Assembly (NCBI GenBank): GCA_002269645.1
Contig: NIVC01000172.1
Span: 684,692-748,691 of the forward strand
Length of the DNA: 64,000 nt
Reading direction: 5' to 3'
DNA from: Macrostomum lignano
Taxonomy: Eukaryota
Shown: positions 1-12,469 of the stretch, piece after piece
Position numbering within the stretch: the stretch's first letter is position 1
Layout of the letters: every line of letters starts with the position of its first letter
Notes under the pieces: generated by a model
What the model was told of the DNA's origin: nothing
Databases searched by the model: none
Seen by the model: the letters and a program-made list of their open reading frames with translations, nothing else
Made by a program: the position numbers and the translations under genes

Positions 1-1089
1 CGAGGGCAACTGCCCCCCCCCCAACCTGTTTAGGACTTCCTGCTGCTCATCTTGCAGGGCCCCTTCAAGCGGGGTCAGGCCCGAACCCGTCGATACGTGG
101 ACTGCCTCCTATGCGATGCTGGGGCGCGCGACACTGCCAACGGGGCGGACTTCGCCATCTGACGCGCCCTGCTCTAACTGTGACCTTGCATGTGGGGCTG
201 CGTTACTTTGCTGTTGTTGAACAGCCTTTAGCAACCAATGCGTCTGCGTACACGTAAAATCTGTAAGTTCTTAGTGCACTACCGTACAACTGCACAAAGC
301 AGCGCATGCACTGACCTTGCAGAGTTTAATTGCTGCTTCTGTTGTTGTTGTTGCTGCTGCTGTTGCTGCTGCTGTTGCATTTTTCCACGGTGATACTACA
401 ATACAGTCTACCAGCTGTAGCTGCCGTTAAAGATTGATCTACTTACATATGCATATGCGCGCTTAATTTAAGTCTTAGTCGCAGCGATGTACCAGCTGAG
501 GCCATATCTGTACCGCAGGCCAGTTACAATTCGTACGCTATACTATACGGCTGCTTTCGGGTCATGCAAATAAAGATAGCCTGGCTTGAGCACGATCCAC
601 TGGGTCTCTCAGTTGACACTTCATGCACAGCATTGCTCATTTACAGAAGTGCGCAGCTAGGTCGAGATTGGGAGCGAATGCCGTACTGTGTTGAGCATCG
701 TGAAGCAGTGTGTCCACACACCTGGTAAGTACTAACTGAGCATAAGCCCCGCTAACAGCGCAGAAGTTTTACGACAGTTTTGTTTTTTCCATCTCGACTT
801 CTATTCTCTCTCTCGCACCCACTTGCGCACAAGCTTCTGTTTGCCGATCTTTGACAAAAGTAGTTTCGCATTCAACAATTGCTGCTTTCGCGTAAATTTG
901 AGCTGAGCTCTCTTTCCTCACCTCTGCTTCCTTGGCGAGATATATGTAAATTAGACTTATTGCATCTGCTTAGACACCCACTCAGGGGCGTCGCCATGTA
1001 TTTTATGGTTGGGGGGGAGAAAAGCCAAGGATTCAACGTGTAAATAAATAGTCCTACATGTCCATTATTTTGAGAATCGGTGTTGTCAG

Positions 1090-3280
1090 CGCTCATTTTG
1101 GCGACGCAGGCACTCATTTTAGCGCCGCAGGCACTCATTTTAGCGCCGCAGGCACTCATTTTAGCGCCGCAGGCACTCATTTTAGCGCCGCAGGCACTCA
1201 TTTTAGCGCCGCAGGCACTCATTTTAGCACCGCAGGCACTCATTTTAGCGCCGCAGGCACTCATTTTGGCGCCACAGGCACTCATTTTAGCACCGCAGGC
1301 ACTCATTTTGGCGCTACACGCACTCATTTTGGCGCCGCAGGCACTTCTTTTTGGGCGCCACAGGCACTCCTCTTAGCTCCACAGGAACTCATTTTAGCAC
1401 CACAGGCACACATTTTGGCGCCGAAGGCACTCATTTTAGCGCCACAGGCACTCATTTTGGCGCCGAGGGAATCTTTTTGGCGCCACAGGCACTCCTTTTA
1501 GCTCCGCAGGCACTCATTTTAGCGCCGCAGGCACTCATTTTAGCACCGCAGGCACTCATTTTAGCGCCGCAGGCACTCATTTTGGCGCCACAGGCACTCA
1601 TTTTAGCACCGCAGGCACTCATTTTAGCGCTACACGCACTCATTTTGGCGCCGCAGGCACTTCTTTTTGGGCGCCACAGGCACTCCTCTTAGCTCCACAG
1701 GAACGCATTTTAGCACCACAGGCACACAATTTAGCGCCGAAGGCACTCATTTTAGCGCCACAGGCACTCATTTTGGCGCCGAGGGAATCTTTTTGGCGCC
1801 ACAGGCACTCCTTTTAGCTCCGCAGGCACTCATTTTAGCGCCGCAGGCACTCATTTTAGCGCCGCAGGCACTTATTTTGGCGCCGCAGGCACTCATTTTA
1901 GCGCCGCAGGCACTCATTTTAGCGCCGCAGGCACTTATTTTGGCGCCGCAGCCACTCATTTTAGCGCCGCAGGCACTCATTTTAGCACCGCAGGTACTCA
2001 TTTTAGCGCCGCAGGCACTCATTTGGCGCCGCAGGCACTCATTTTGGCGCCACAGGCACTCATTTTGGCGCCACAGGCGCTCATTTTGGCGCCGCAGGCA
2101 CTCATTTTGGCGCCACAGGCACTTATTTTGGCGCCGCAGGCACTTCTTTTTGGGCGCCGCAGGCACTCATTTTAGCGCCACAGGCACTTATTTTGGCGCC
2201 GCAGGCACTTCTTTTTGGGTGCCACAGGCACTCCTCTTAGCTCCGCAGGAACTCATTTTAGCGCCACAGGCACTTATTTTGGTGCCGCAGGCACTCATTT
2301 TGGCGCCGAGGGAATCTTTTTGGCGCCACAGGCACTCCTCTTAGCTCCGCAGGCACTCATTTCAGCGCTGAAAGCACTCATTTTAGCGCCGCAGGCACTC
2401 ATTTTAGCGCCGCAGGCACTCATTTTAGCGCCGCAGGCACTCATTTTGGCGCCAAAGGCACTCATTTTGGCGCTACAGGCACTCATTTCAGCGCTGAAAG
2501 CACTCATTTTGGCGCCGCAGGCACTTCTTTGTGGGCGCCACAGGCACTCCTCTTAGCTCCGCAGGAACTCATTTTAGCGCCACAGGCACACATTTTGGCG
2601 CCGAAGGCACTCATTTTGGTGCCGAGGGAATCTTTTTGGCGCCACAGGCACTCCTCTTAGCTCCGCAGGAACTCATTTTAGCGCCACAGGCACACATTTT
2701 AGCGCCATAGGCACTCATTTTGGTGCCGCAGGCACTCATTTTAGCGCCGCAGGCACTCATTTTGGCGCCACAGGCACTCATTTTGGCGCCGCAGGCACTT
2801 ATTTTGGCGCCGCAGGCACTCATTTTAGCACCGCAGGTACTCATTTTAGCGCCGCAGGCACTCATTTGGCGCCGAAGGCACTCATTTTAGCGCCACAGGC
2901 ACTCATTTTGGCGCCGAGGGAATCTTTTTGGCGCCACAGGCACTCCTTTTAGCTCCGCAGGCACTCATTTTAGCGCCGCAGGCACTTATTTTGGCGCCGC
3001 AGGCACTCATTTTAGCGCCGCAGGCACTCATTATAGCGCCGCAGGCACTTATTTTGGCGCCGCAGCCACTCATTTTAGCGCCGCAGGCACTCATTTTAGC
3101 ACCGCAGGTACTCATTTTAGCGCCGCAGGCACTCATTTTAGCGCCGCAGGCACTTATTTTGGCGCCGCAGCCACTCATTTTAGCGCCGCAGGCACTCATT
3201 TTAGCACCGCAGGTACTCATTTTGGCGCCACAGGCGCTCATTTTGGCGCCGCAGGCACTCATTTTGGCGCCACAGGCGCT
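1090..3280. repeat. 21-bp tandem satellite (consensus GCAGGCACTCATTTTAGCGCC) with ~316-bp higher-order blocks
   Basis: About 100 monomers seen directly. A variant block (CACTTCTTTTTGGG...GAGGGAATCTTTTT) recurs, e.g. near 1337 and 1653. The LAPQALI/SACGAKM ORFs are translations of the repeat. Confidence 0.95.
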
Positions 3281-6200
3281 TCGTAGATCCACACTCACGG
3301 CTTACTATCAGTAGTATTCTACTCGATGCTCTAGACGCGATCGGATTCATGTACAGCACAAAGCTACTCAAGTGAAAGGATGGCCACAAGCTGAAAACTA
3401 TCTACGCTTCTTGGAAAATCTTAAGTGGCAGATTTTTTGAAAAAATAATTTACGGAGATGGAAAGTTTTCATTTTTTCAGACCAAAAATTGGGTTATTAA
3501 TTAAGAAGACCCAATAATTTTCATTTGTTGAAATATTTTGCGAGTTTTACAGCCCGATCTATCGATATTTAATTTATAGAGCTTCTCGTTTAAATTATGA
3601 TTGATCTATGTTATTTTTTATCCTACGTACATATCCTATGGCTGAAAATTTGTCAAGTTATATAATTGGTTTTATGAATCTATTTTATGATTCAGTTTCA
3701 CATTTTGTTACTCAGAAAGACATCAAAAGATGAACATTATTGGGTTCTGAACCATATACATAGTTCAGTAAAGCCTGCCTCCTAAATTTTTTCAAGAATC
3801 GTTAGTTTCCAGTCCTTCTACTTGAGTAGTCCTTGGTTCAACACTTGTAATAATCAGCACTCAGCAATTAACCTAACTTACAAAACGTGACAGGGGCAGG
3901 AAACTTGAACTTGGTGTCTTATAAAATATAATTTAAGGCTTGCAGCGTATTTAACTTAAAAAAAATTGTGTATGCTGAGCATTATGTGTAAATTCTACGA
4001 TTTATAACATCCTTTATAATTTATAATTCTGACGCATGTTTACATATGCTAATCGATCTTGTATTTTGAAGATTATAAATTTCGAGATATGTAATATTAT
4101 TAAACCTAAAACGACACAAAAAACCAACACGCTACACACACACAAGTATCTGCAGTTTGCATTGCCGATGTACATGTGTATATTAGAGTGTGGCAGAAGA
4201 GTGCAAAAGTCGTGTAAGAATCGAATCGAACGTTTGTACAAAATTTCACATCGCAATTTAAATACGCCTAAATTTTGGGACCCAATCTGGCACAGTGCCA
4301 GGAAATATCACTGATAAGCCTTTGGGCGACATGCACGAATCCCATATTTTTGGATGGCTCCGTTTGCTGATTGCTGATTGGATGAACAAATGCAGGCTGC
4401 TAATAGTTTGCATACGCTATAAAATATACTAGTAGTCTACTAGAAGTAGAGTGTATGTACATCTATTATTTGCACTAAGAACTACTACGAACTGATAAAG
4501 AAAACAGTTATGCTTATTCAATTTTACCGCTCAAAATCGAGTACTCAACTGCACAGCCCACTTAACAAACTAATAATTATGCATGCAATATTTTAAAATT
4601 TCTCTGGACACGTGAAAAAATTAATGTTGCTGTATAAAATATGATCAGCTAATACAAGGCTACCTCAACTCAACAACTCATTGTCAACAGACCAAAATTT
4701 GATTAACCTTAAACAGTAAACAATCGATAAGATTTCCAAAAAGTCATGCAGAGACTATTTTTTAAAATCGAAAATTAGCAAATATTTTTGCTCGTTATCA
4801 ATTCTGTTCAATTTACTCATTCAAGGCCATTTGTTGAGTGTCTGAAACATTGGACTAATCTAAGAACTTCGTAGCTTATTCGATTTTAACAGCTATCAAA
4901 TTGAAAACTCAAATAAAACATGTACATAGAGGCTGAGTCAGAAAATTAGCCATTTTTACCTGCAATGCGCTGTTCTCCCGTTCCATATCCCATGTGCCCA
5001 ATACCGACGATTCGTCATCGGCGCACGTTTGCAGAGCTTTTAGATTGTAGAGAAATGACTGTGATGTGGGTGACTCACACAGCCGCTATCTCTAGAACTC
5101 TATAGTTTTACTGTTTTGGCGACTACAATTCACTTTATCAATCACATGGTTTTCGTTTCTGACTGCAGACCTGATCTCTAGTTGGGTTTTTTATTGTTAC
5201 TTAAGTTTCGAATTCAAGAAAGCAATTACACACTCCAGCTAGTGTCTGAGGTGAGGTTTCGCGAATCGCGACAGCTCTAGCTCGATCGGTTCTTGAGCAT
5301 TTAATTGAGCGACTGGGCTGAATGAAGAGAGCTGTCTGATATCTTTAATAAATGACCAACAATATAAGTGGTAACAAAAAATCAGGATCGGGTTAAATCA
5401 GATAGTTAAATTGTAATTTTAATTCATACTTGGAGGTAGATGGCAGAAAATGGGCCAGAAATGCGCCCTGTCAAAGGTCAGTTTTCGGTCACAAGGACAG
5501 AAATACACAGCACTCTGTATGCTCAGATTAGCACTTCAGTTAGGTAGGCTATTTAGGACCTGCAAAAGCTATGCTCGGGGTTTAAATCCCAGATTCCCAG
5601 AGGATTCAGCCCTGGATCATGGGATGGATTAACACCCAAGCATCCATAGTCATGTGATAGTGGAATTTTAGATATTTAATTGTAATACAATATATACGAG
5701 ATATCAATGATTGTTATGCCTTTGTAGGCCTAATTGTAATAAAAATTTGAACTTGAAGAATTGAGGATGACATGATCGCCAATCGACATCGCTGCCACTG
5801 ACGAGTTATAATAATTAGTAGGCCAGTAGGCCTTCTTAAGTAGGCGACTCCGTCAGTTGATTATGCAGTGTTGTACTAAGAGTCTAAGACTGAGTCAAGA
5901 AGTCTAAAAAGTCCATAACCATAACCCAACAAAGCAAGGCAGATTGTAAAGTGTAGTTAGTGTAGAGACCTTGGCAATGATTGACAGCCCAGCCCAGCTA
6001 TTTTTCGCATACCAGAAGGGCCGCAGGGGCATCCACATCACACAGCATCATTTACAAGTGCACTGCTTAAATGGATAGGAAATAATAGTAACTTGTCAGC
6101 TTGCCCCGAACATACTTGGCGGGATTAAAGTTAGTACAAGACAAGAGCATTATTTGCATTTGCACGTTTTACTTGTGCACATTAGTGTACAGTACTGCTA

Positions 6201-6585
6201 ATGTGGGCAAGGGCATTTAAAAATGACGATCGATGGCTAATGCCTCACCAAAGCTTGGGCTGTGATAATTAATAATTGAGACTTCTAATAATCACAGCCA
6301 CTTTGATGAAGAACATAACACCATTCAACAGAGGGACAGATGCTAAAGGAGCTCTAGTTTGTTCCAAGCAGGGCTGTGATACATCATGGCACGCTGCAAC
6401 ACAACCACTTGAAACAACTTCAGCCCAAGTACTCAATGCTTCGAAGATGAGTGACGAAAATCAAGGCTCATCAATATTGGCTGTGATAGAAACAAACCTC
6501 TACAACAGACCAATTTGATGCCTCGATTTCGATAATGCAGGGAGGGGAAGACGAATAGTCTAGGTAAATACGAAAGACAGGGTAA

Positions 6586-7214
6586 TAGGGATGTCGACCC
6601 CGGGGAGTGCTCCCTGGGGCCCCGGGGAGCTTGTCGGGGAATACTCCCCGGGGAATTGAACCGGGGACCCCGGGGAGAAAAAAATGCATTTTTAACTTAA
6701 TTTTTGCCATTAAAATAAGAAAATAATTCACAGAGAGCTGATTGAAACTCTGTCTATGCTTTTCTTACCGCATAACTGCTTATTTCAATGTAAAATTTCA
6801 AACGCAACACACGTTTGAATGTTTTTTCACTACGAGTCCTTCAATCAAGCAAATTGCACCTAAAAACCCGTCAGGAAAAAGAAGCTTTACTGACTACTGT
6901 GTTGGTCTGCGTTGACGGCTTGACGGAATTTGACGCAGGCACAGCGCTGCGTCCTGCGGACGCATGGGGGTGTCATACAATAACAAAATGCTCCCTATTA
7001 GACAATGGCAATGTCTGCTAGAAATAAAAATTTTGATTATGAAAAACGGTCTCATTCATTAATTATCCTCCACGAGCGTAGCTGCTGAGCATGCATTTTC
7101 CGCCTCCATACCACAGTCTGGACTCCTTCTGACAAAGGTGCGCGCACGATTTGGTGATGCCACGTTGTCAAATAGTTTTAAATAAACACAAGCTCCCCGG
7201 GGTCGACATCCCTA
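6586..7214. mobile_element. Non-autonomous DNA transposon (hAT-like MITE)
   Basis: Perfect 22-bp TIR TAGGGATGTCGACCCCGGGGAG (6586-6607; reverse complement at 7193-7214) and subterminal CCCCGGGG palindromes. No matching 8-bp TSD was seen (CAGGGTAA vs CTAACAAC). Confidence 0.65.
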
Positions 7215-7947
7215 CTAACAACCAAGGGATATAGGCATTTCTTAGGAGCCATTTAAATTTTAAGGTGATCTTATACGAATTTTAATGTTAAAAGCTTCAT
7301 GCTGTAACTGTAACTAACTAATTTAGTAGGATTGCATTGTAATCAGTTATTCATTAATTTTTCGCTATTTTTACAAACCATCCCACGTTGTCTTGACTTT
7401 TGATTTGCCATCTACTGTTATAACTGAGCCTGAAGACTTGTCTATACAGAGGACAGTGTTTTGAATCTCTGGCTAAAGTAGAATGCATGAGGGGGCTTCT
7501 GGGACAAAATTTTTCACGTCCTCCATAATCCCATTAAATCCATCCATATTATCCCCGACAGAATCAGAAAAAAGGGGGGTCGCCCTTGCTCCGAAAACTT
7601 CGAACATAATCCCATTAAATCCATCCGTATTATCCCCGACAGAATCAGAGCATAACCGGTGTCCTACTGTTATTCTGAGCATAGCAGCTCCGAAAACGTC
7701 ATCCATAATCCTCCTAACCTATCCTCCTTCCTCCTTGACAGAATCAGAGCATAACAAGTGTCCTACATAATCCACTGACATCCACCCATAGCATCTTCGA
7801 AACAATCAGAAAATAATCTGCATTCTTCTCCCCACATTCAATCTGCAACGCGAAACCAGATCCCTAAGACTTTAAATCATCAGCGCAGGGTGCTCATCCT
7901 CCGAAAAAATCTAATTTTTTTCTGAATCTTGATTGTCTTTTATATGC

Positions 7948-8314
7948 TTACGAAGCTTCGTAAGTTGAAATTTTCTGTCGCTTAAAATTTTCACTCTGAA
8001 CTACTACTTCCAGTAGCAGTAGGTTAAAAATATATTTTAGCATTTTATGCTTTTTCATTAAAGAGTTTACAATGCTTCGTAAATCGAAATTTTCTGTCGC
8101 TTAAAATTTCACTCTGAACTACTACTTCTACTAGCAGTAGGTTAAAAATATATTTTAGCATTTTATGCTTTTTCATTAGAGTTTACGAAGCTTCGTAAGT
8201 TAAAATTTTCTGTCGCTTAGAATTTTCACTCTGAACTACTACTTTTACTAGCAGTAGGTTAAAATATATTTTAGCATTTTATGCTTTTTCATTAAAGAGT
8301 TTACAATGCTTCGT
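7948..8314. repeat. Three tandem copies of a ~120-bp AT-rich unit
   Basis: Unit ...GCTTCGTAAGTTGAAATTTTCTGTCGCTTAAAATTTTCACTCTGAACTACTACTT...GCAGTAGGTTAAAAATATATTTTAGCATTTTATGCTTTTTCATT... is present three times. Confidence 0.9.
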
Positions 8315-8606
8315 CAATTAGCAAAAAAACCGGAATATGTTGATTCAGTTATCATTTACTTTAATAAGCAGGCTTTGAAGTTAGAAGAGGCTTAAAAATT
8401 ACAACCATAGTGTATTTAGATTAGCGACTTTAAGTGCATGATATCAATGCTCAGTTGTTCAAAAGAGCTCAGTCATCCATAGCTGCTTGACCGTCTCCAA
8501 CACCAGCAGGCTGGCCAGCTTCATCATCTGCAGCAAAAAGTTGAGTGGTAGTATTCACATTAGAGTACTATATTTTTATAAAAGAGAGGCAGTGGGGAGA
8601 GCGCAG

Positions 8607-9190
8607 GACACATATTGGGTCTACCAATAATACACACGGTTTTTCCATTGTCCCACACGTATTGGTTCTACCAATAATACACACGGTTTTTCCTTTGTCC
8701 CACACATATTGGGTCTACCAATAATACACACGGTTTTTCCATTGTCCCACACATATTGGTGCTACCAATAATACACACGGTTTTTCCATTGTCCCACACA
8801 TATTGGTTCTACCAATAATACACACGGTTTTTCCATTGTCCCACACATATTGGTTCTACCAATAATACACACGGTTTTTCCACCACCTCACATATTGGTC
8901 CAGCTACAGCTGAGAAAATCTCCCCCCCCCCACGTTCCACATTCCACACTGTCGCGTGCTTTTTTACACAGCAAGCTCTGGCTATTTTTAGCACAAGACA
9001 CACATATTGGGTGGGCCAATAATACACACGGTTTTTTCTTCATTTCACACATATTGGGTGGGCCAATAATACACACGGTTTTTTCCTTCATTTCACACAT
9101 ATTGGGTGGGCCAATAATACACATGTTTTTTTCCTTCATTTCACACATATTGGGTGGGCCAATAATACACACAGTTTTTCCTTCATTTCA
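8607..9190. repeat. 47-bp tandem repeat in two blocks (~10 units), each unit with an inverted TATTGG-n5-CCAATA
   Basis: Period of 47 (8611, 8658, 8705...). The second block from ~9000 has the loop variant GTGGG. Confidence 0.92.
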
Positions 9191-9292
9191 CTCAGATAAC
9201 TCACAGTTATCATCGAGAAGGCCCTGAAGTTCAGCCGCCGATGGAGGTCTTGTTGGGGGAGTCGGATCTAGCCAATCTGCTGCATCCGTTTG

Positions 9293-9880
9293 TCACCACC
9301 TTTCGCTCCGAATCGTCCTAGAGTTGTCATGCAGGAATGGAGCCGAAACAGAGCAAAAGCGGAGCCGTGGAAGCTCGGTCACCAGAGTATAGATGTTATG
9401 GCGGGATTGCACGTGGTAGTAACTCACGTTGAACAGTTCCACCAGGCTTGTTAATGTCTGCTGATGCCTCGTAATAAATTGGTCATACACTTTTCCAAGA
9501 AAAAATGCTGCCACCCAAGTTCGCCGGTTGTAAATTTGGCCCTGCTTAACCAGGTTTTCATGCAGTTCCGACACCCCATTGTCAACAGGACCTCGGTTTG
9601 TGATGTCGTTGCAGATGGCTTCTAACTCCCCCTCACTAATTACCTCTGCCTGAGCCGCTTGCTCGTTCTCATATTGAAGCGAACTTCGAAGTTTATGGAA
9701 TACATCCGTGGCTCTTTCCTTCATCTTCCGTATTTTCATTTCTTCACTGACTCGCAGATGCCTTTCTTCATCTTCAGATAATCTTTCCCAGAGTTCTCGA
9801 ACCATGTCTTTAACGTCATCCTTATGCTCCTCAACAATAAATTGATCGATGGAATCGATAAAACCTGTGAGATCTTGCAT
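9293..9880 (-). CDS. Uncharacterised 195-aa protein, probably part of the viral relic
   Basis: Intronless ORF with ATG start and an acidic/helical N-half, adjacent to and co-oriented with the PLA2 ORF. No motif recognised. Confidence 0.45.
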   Translation of the reverse strand: MQDLTGFIDSIDQFIVEEHKDDVKDMVRELWERLSEDEERHLRVSEEMKIRKMKERATDVFHKLRSSLQYENEQAAQAEVISEGELEAICNDITNRGPVDNGVSELHENLVKQGQIYNRRTWVAAFFLGKVYDQFITRHQQTLTSLVELFNVSYYHVQSRHNIYTLVTELPRLRFCSVSAPFLHDNSRTIRSERW

Positions 9881-10039
9881 GGTGATTCTGGCTGTAGTTG
9901 CATTAAACTTTTTGTCTACAAATATATAAGTAGAGTGTTTTAAATAGTTTAGAATTAAAAAGCAACTGAAAGTTACAGAAAATGGTTTAAAGTAAGTCAG
10001 GATTTACTTACGAAGATACGATGCGAGTTTGAGCGTCCG

Positions 10040-10609
10040 CTAGAAACAAATTTCTCCTATTTCTCCTATTTCTTTCAGTAGTCTGCCTATTTCTTTATTG
10101 GGCGCGTGCAATACTGCTCTCTCAACCCCCAGCTCTTTCAGCAGTCTTCCTAGTTCCTCGTTTGGCGCGTGCAAAATAAACCCTGCTCCCGAGCGTCCGC
10201 CCTCTCTCCCCATGCACCCACCCTCTCTTTCCAAACACCCACCCTCAGCGCCCATTCCTAATCCCAACTTTGTCTTACCAAAAATAACCGCCTTGACTAA
10301 TTTCCTAGCAATCGACTCACGAAATCCGCTTGAAATCCCCATATTGTCGAGTCTCCTAAGCATTTCTTTGTCCCAGCGATTCTTCTCCTCAAGAAAATCA
10401 CTATATTTAACGTCGTGCCACATGCAGACAGAGTCTAGCTCGTTCACAGGCTCATGCCCAGGATTTGGATTTTCGTTTGTATCTAACTGTATTTCAAGTG
10501 GATTCAAAGGCCCGCAATATTTATAGCCGGGAAGTGTCCAGCCTTTGTTTGGATGAGGAAGCTTTTCTATCAGTCCATGTGAGTCTAAGTTACCGCCAGA
10601 GCGTTGCAT
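10040..10609 (-). CDS. Parvovirus VP1u-type phospholipase A2 domain protein (PLA2X-like)
   Basis: Motifs WTLPGYKYCGPLNPL (Ca-binding loop) and PVNELDSVCMWHDVKY (catalytic HD..Y). The likely start is the ATG at 10609 (MQRSGGNLD), behind an AT-rich spacer. Confidence 0.8.
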   Translation of the reverse strand: MQRSGGNLDSHGLIEKLPHPNKGWTLPGYKYCGPLNPLEIQLDTNENPNPGHEPVNELDSVCMWHDVKYSDFLEEKNRWDKEMLRRLDNMGISSGFRESIARKLVKAVIFGKTKLGLGMGAEGGCLEREGGCMGREGGRSGAGFILHAPNEELGRLLKELGVERAVLHAPNKEIGRLLKEIGEIGEICF

Positions 10610-10639
10610 TATTTTATTTAAAATTTTCTTTTTAAATAA

Positions 10640-11655
10640 ATGACAGATCAGAAACTTAAAAAACTCTACTACAGCGACAAAGGATTCTTTGTAGGCAAAA
10701 ATGCCGTTAGTAAACTCATGGAGCTGAGTAAGGAACCAAAAGCTACAGTAGAAAAATGGCTCTCTAAGCAGGCTGTCTTTCAAGTCTATTTCCCACCAGT
10801 AAAATTTGAAAGGCCCCATTTCAGTATTTATAAACCTAATGAGGCGCACCAATCAGATCTTCTGTTTCTCCCCAATGACTCAGGCTACAAGTATGCTCTC
10901 ACAGTTATAGACATTGCCTCCAGATATAAGGAAGCTCGCCCACTCAAGACAAAGAAGTCAGAAGCAGTTGCAGCCGCCCTCCAAGATATTTACAAAAACT
11001 CTCCGCTCACATACCCCCAAACCTTTATGACTGATCCTGGAAAAGAATTCATGGGTGCAGTCAAATCCCTTATGGAAAGCACAATACGGAAATTCGCTAC
11101 GGTAGAACTGAGCTCCACAGAGACCAAGCGTACGTTGAGAGATTCAATCTAACTCTAGCCAAGAGACTATTCACTAAGCAGACAGCGCAAGAACTCAAAC
11201 TGAATGCGGGGCAGTACTATACCAAGTGGACAGAAAGACTCCCCACTGTTATAGAGCAACTGAACAATGAAGTCACACGTATGACTGGATTGAAACCGTC
11301 CCATGCAATTAAACAAGACACTGTCGAACTTAAGGCGTCTCATAGAACAGACAACACGCACAACACAAAACACACCTCGAACTACCCTAAGCTTCCAGGA
11401 GTTGAATCACCATACATACTGACAAACTCTGAGTTTCTACGCTTTTTATATCTACCTGGAGAGCTAGAGAAGGACACTAAAAGAAGAGCTACAGATCCAT
11501 ACTTCAGCCTTGATGTACATAAAATAGACAGACATTTTACCTCCGACTCTGGAGAGTATTACTTTTTATCTCAGGCCTTTAACCCTAAACCCCCCACGCG
11601 GTCATTCACTAGAGCTGAACTCCTAGTGATACCAGCTGACACAGAAATTAATTAA
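10640..11655 (+). pseudogene. Polinton/adintovirus-type rve (DDE) integrase with a 1-nt frameshift near 11077
   Basis: Frame 1 reads HQSDLLFL...LTVIDIASRY...MTDPGKEFMG. After the shift the sequence continues HNTEIRYGRTELHRDQAYVERFNLTLAKRLF...LNNEVTRMTGLKPS...RFLYLPGELE...RRATDPYFS to the stop at 11655. Confidence 0.8.
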
Positions 11656-11671
11656 AATATTAAAATAAAAA

Positions 11672-11941
11672 ATGACAAAGATTGAAACCAGAACCATCAA
11701 TAAACTCAATAAAATCATTGAATCAAAGAAACCAGGTCTTATATCAATTAAAGGTGTCAAAGTAAAAATCGATCCCGTGCAGCAAATAGTTCAATGTAAT
11801 GAACAAAGACACAGCATCACAGATGAAAAGTCAGGAGGAATCCTACCATTAGCAGCTCTTATCCCAATCATTGCAGGCGCTGTAAGTGCCGCAGGTGGTG
11901 TAGCTGGAGGTGTAGCAACTGCTGTTAAAGCTATAGTATGA
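11672..11941 (+). CDS. Small protein ending in an adenovirus pX/mu-precursor-like hydrophobic tail
   Basis: C-terminus KSGG-ILPLAALIPIIAGAVSAAGGVAGGVATAV resembles adenoviral pX GGFLPALIPIIAAAIG and follows an xGG adenain-type site. Confidence 0.55.
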   Translation: MTKIETRTINKLNKIIESKKPGLISIKGVKVKIDPVQQIVQCNEQRHSITDEKSGGILPLAALIPIIAGAVSAAGGVAGGVATAVKAIV

Positions 11942-12469
11942 ATAGCTAAATTTTAACTGTCGTACGTGTATACTGCATGTATAGAGTCTACAAGCATATA
12001 TTTGGAAAATATTTATTGTTTTAAGTTCTGGCTTGTATAGCTATAGTGTTTTTTGTTTTACATGGCGTGGTGTTGACCAATATAAGAACGTTGCAATTGA
12101 GTTAGCTATAGTGTGTGCGCGGTATGTTTAAGTGCAAAAGCAATCTTGAAAAAAGTTACATATATTTTAATGGAAACTCTATCTGTAGCAAACCAAATTG
12201 TATTTGTTTTTGTTTTTCTGGCTTTAATTGTTTTGCATGCAGCTATTAAAATCGTAAAAAATCTTCAATGCTTGCAAAATTTTACACTCGCTCATGCAAC
12301 TAGTTTCTGACCGCCACCTGTCTTGGGAGCACGAGAATTTCCCGCAGGAAGTTTTCCCGCAGGGTTTTTATGGCCGGTAGTGTGAAAAGGTCATGACAAT
12401 TGGGCGCGAATATATATCCTTCCGATTTTGGTTCAGAAGGACGTTCCTGAGCTTGTGAGAGGGGCGCGG

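Larger units (their letters stand above)
7950..11950. mobile_element. Polinton/adintovirus-like endogenous viral relic (boundaries uncertain)
   Basis: Compact intronless ORFs: parvovirus-type PLA2, Polinton-type rve integrase, adenovirus-pX-like hydrophobic peptide and an unknown ORF. No pPolB, ATPase, protease or capsid ORF was recognised in the window. Confidence 0.6.

Noticed and set aside
872-3389. Many ORFs with LAPQALI / SACGAKM / AAGTHFS repeats
   Set aside because: Translations of the 21-bp satellite. The same applies to the ORFs over the satellites at 36000-37800, 43055-44600, 54276-55055 and 60362-61031.
7473-7790. Short ORFs with repeated CSDSVGDNxDGFNGIM motifs
   Set aside because: They derive from a 2-3 copy ~75-bp duplication with stops in the upstream frames; a gene call cannot be supported.
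8607-9190. CRISPR-like appearance of the 47-bp palindromic repeat
   Set aside because: Units are contiguous with no unique spacers, there are no cas genes, and the context is eukaryotic.
10610-10852. N-terminal extension of the PLA2 ORF given by the ORF track
   Set aside because: It is antisense to the integrase 5' end and uses a non-ATG start; the ATG at 10609 behind the AT-rich spacer is more plausible.
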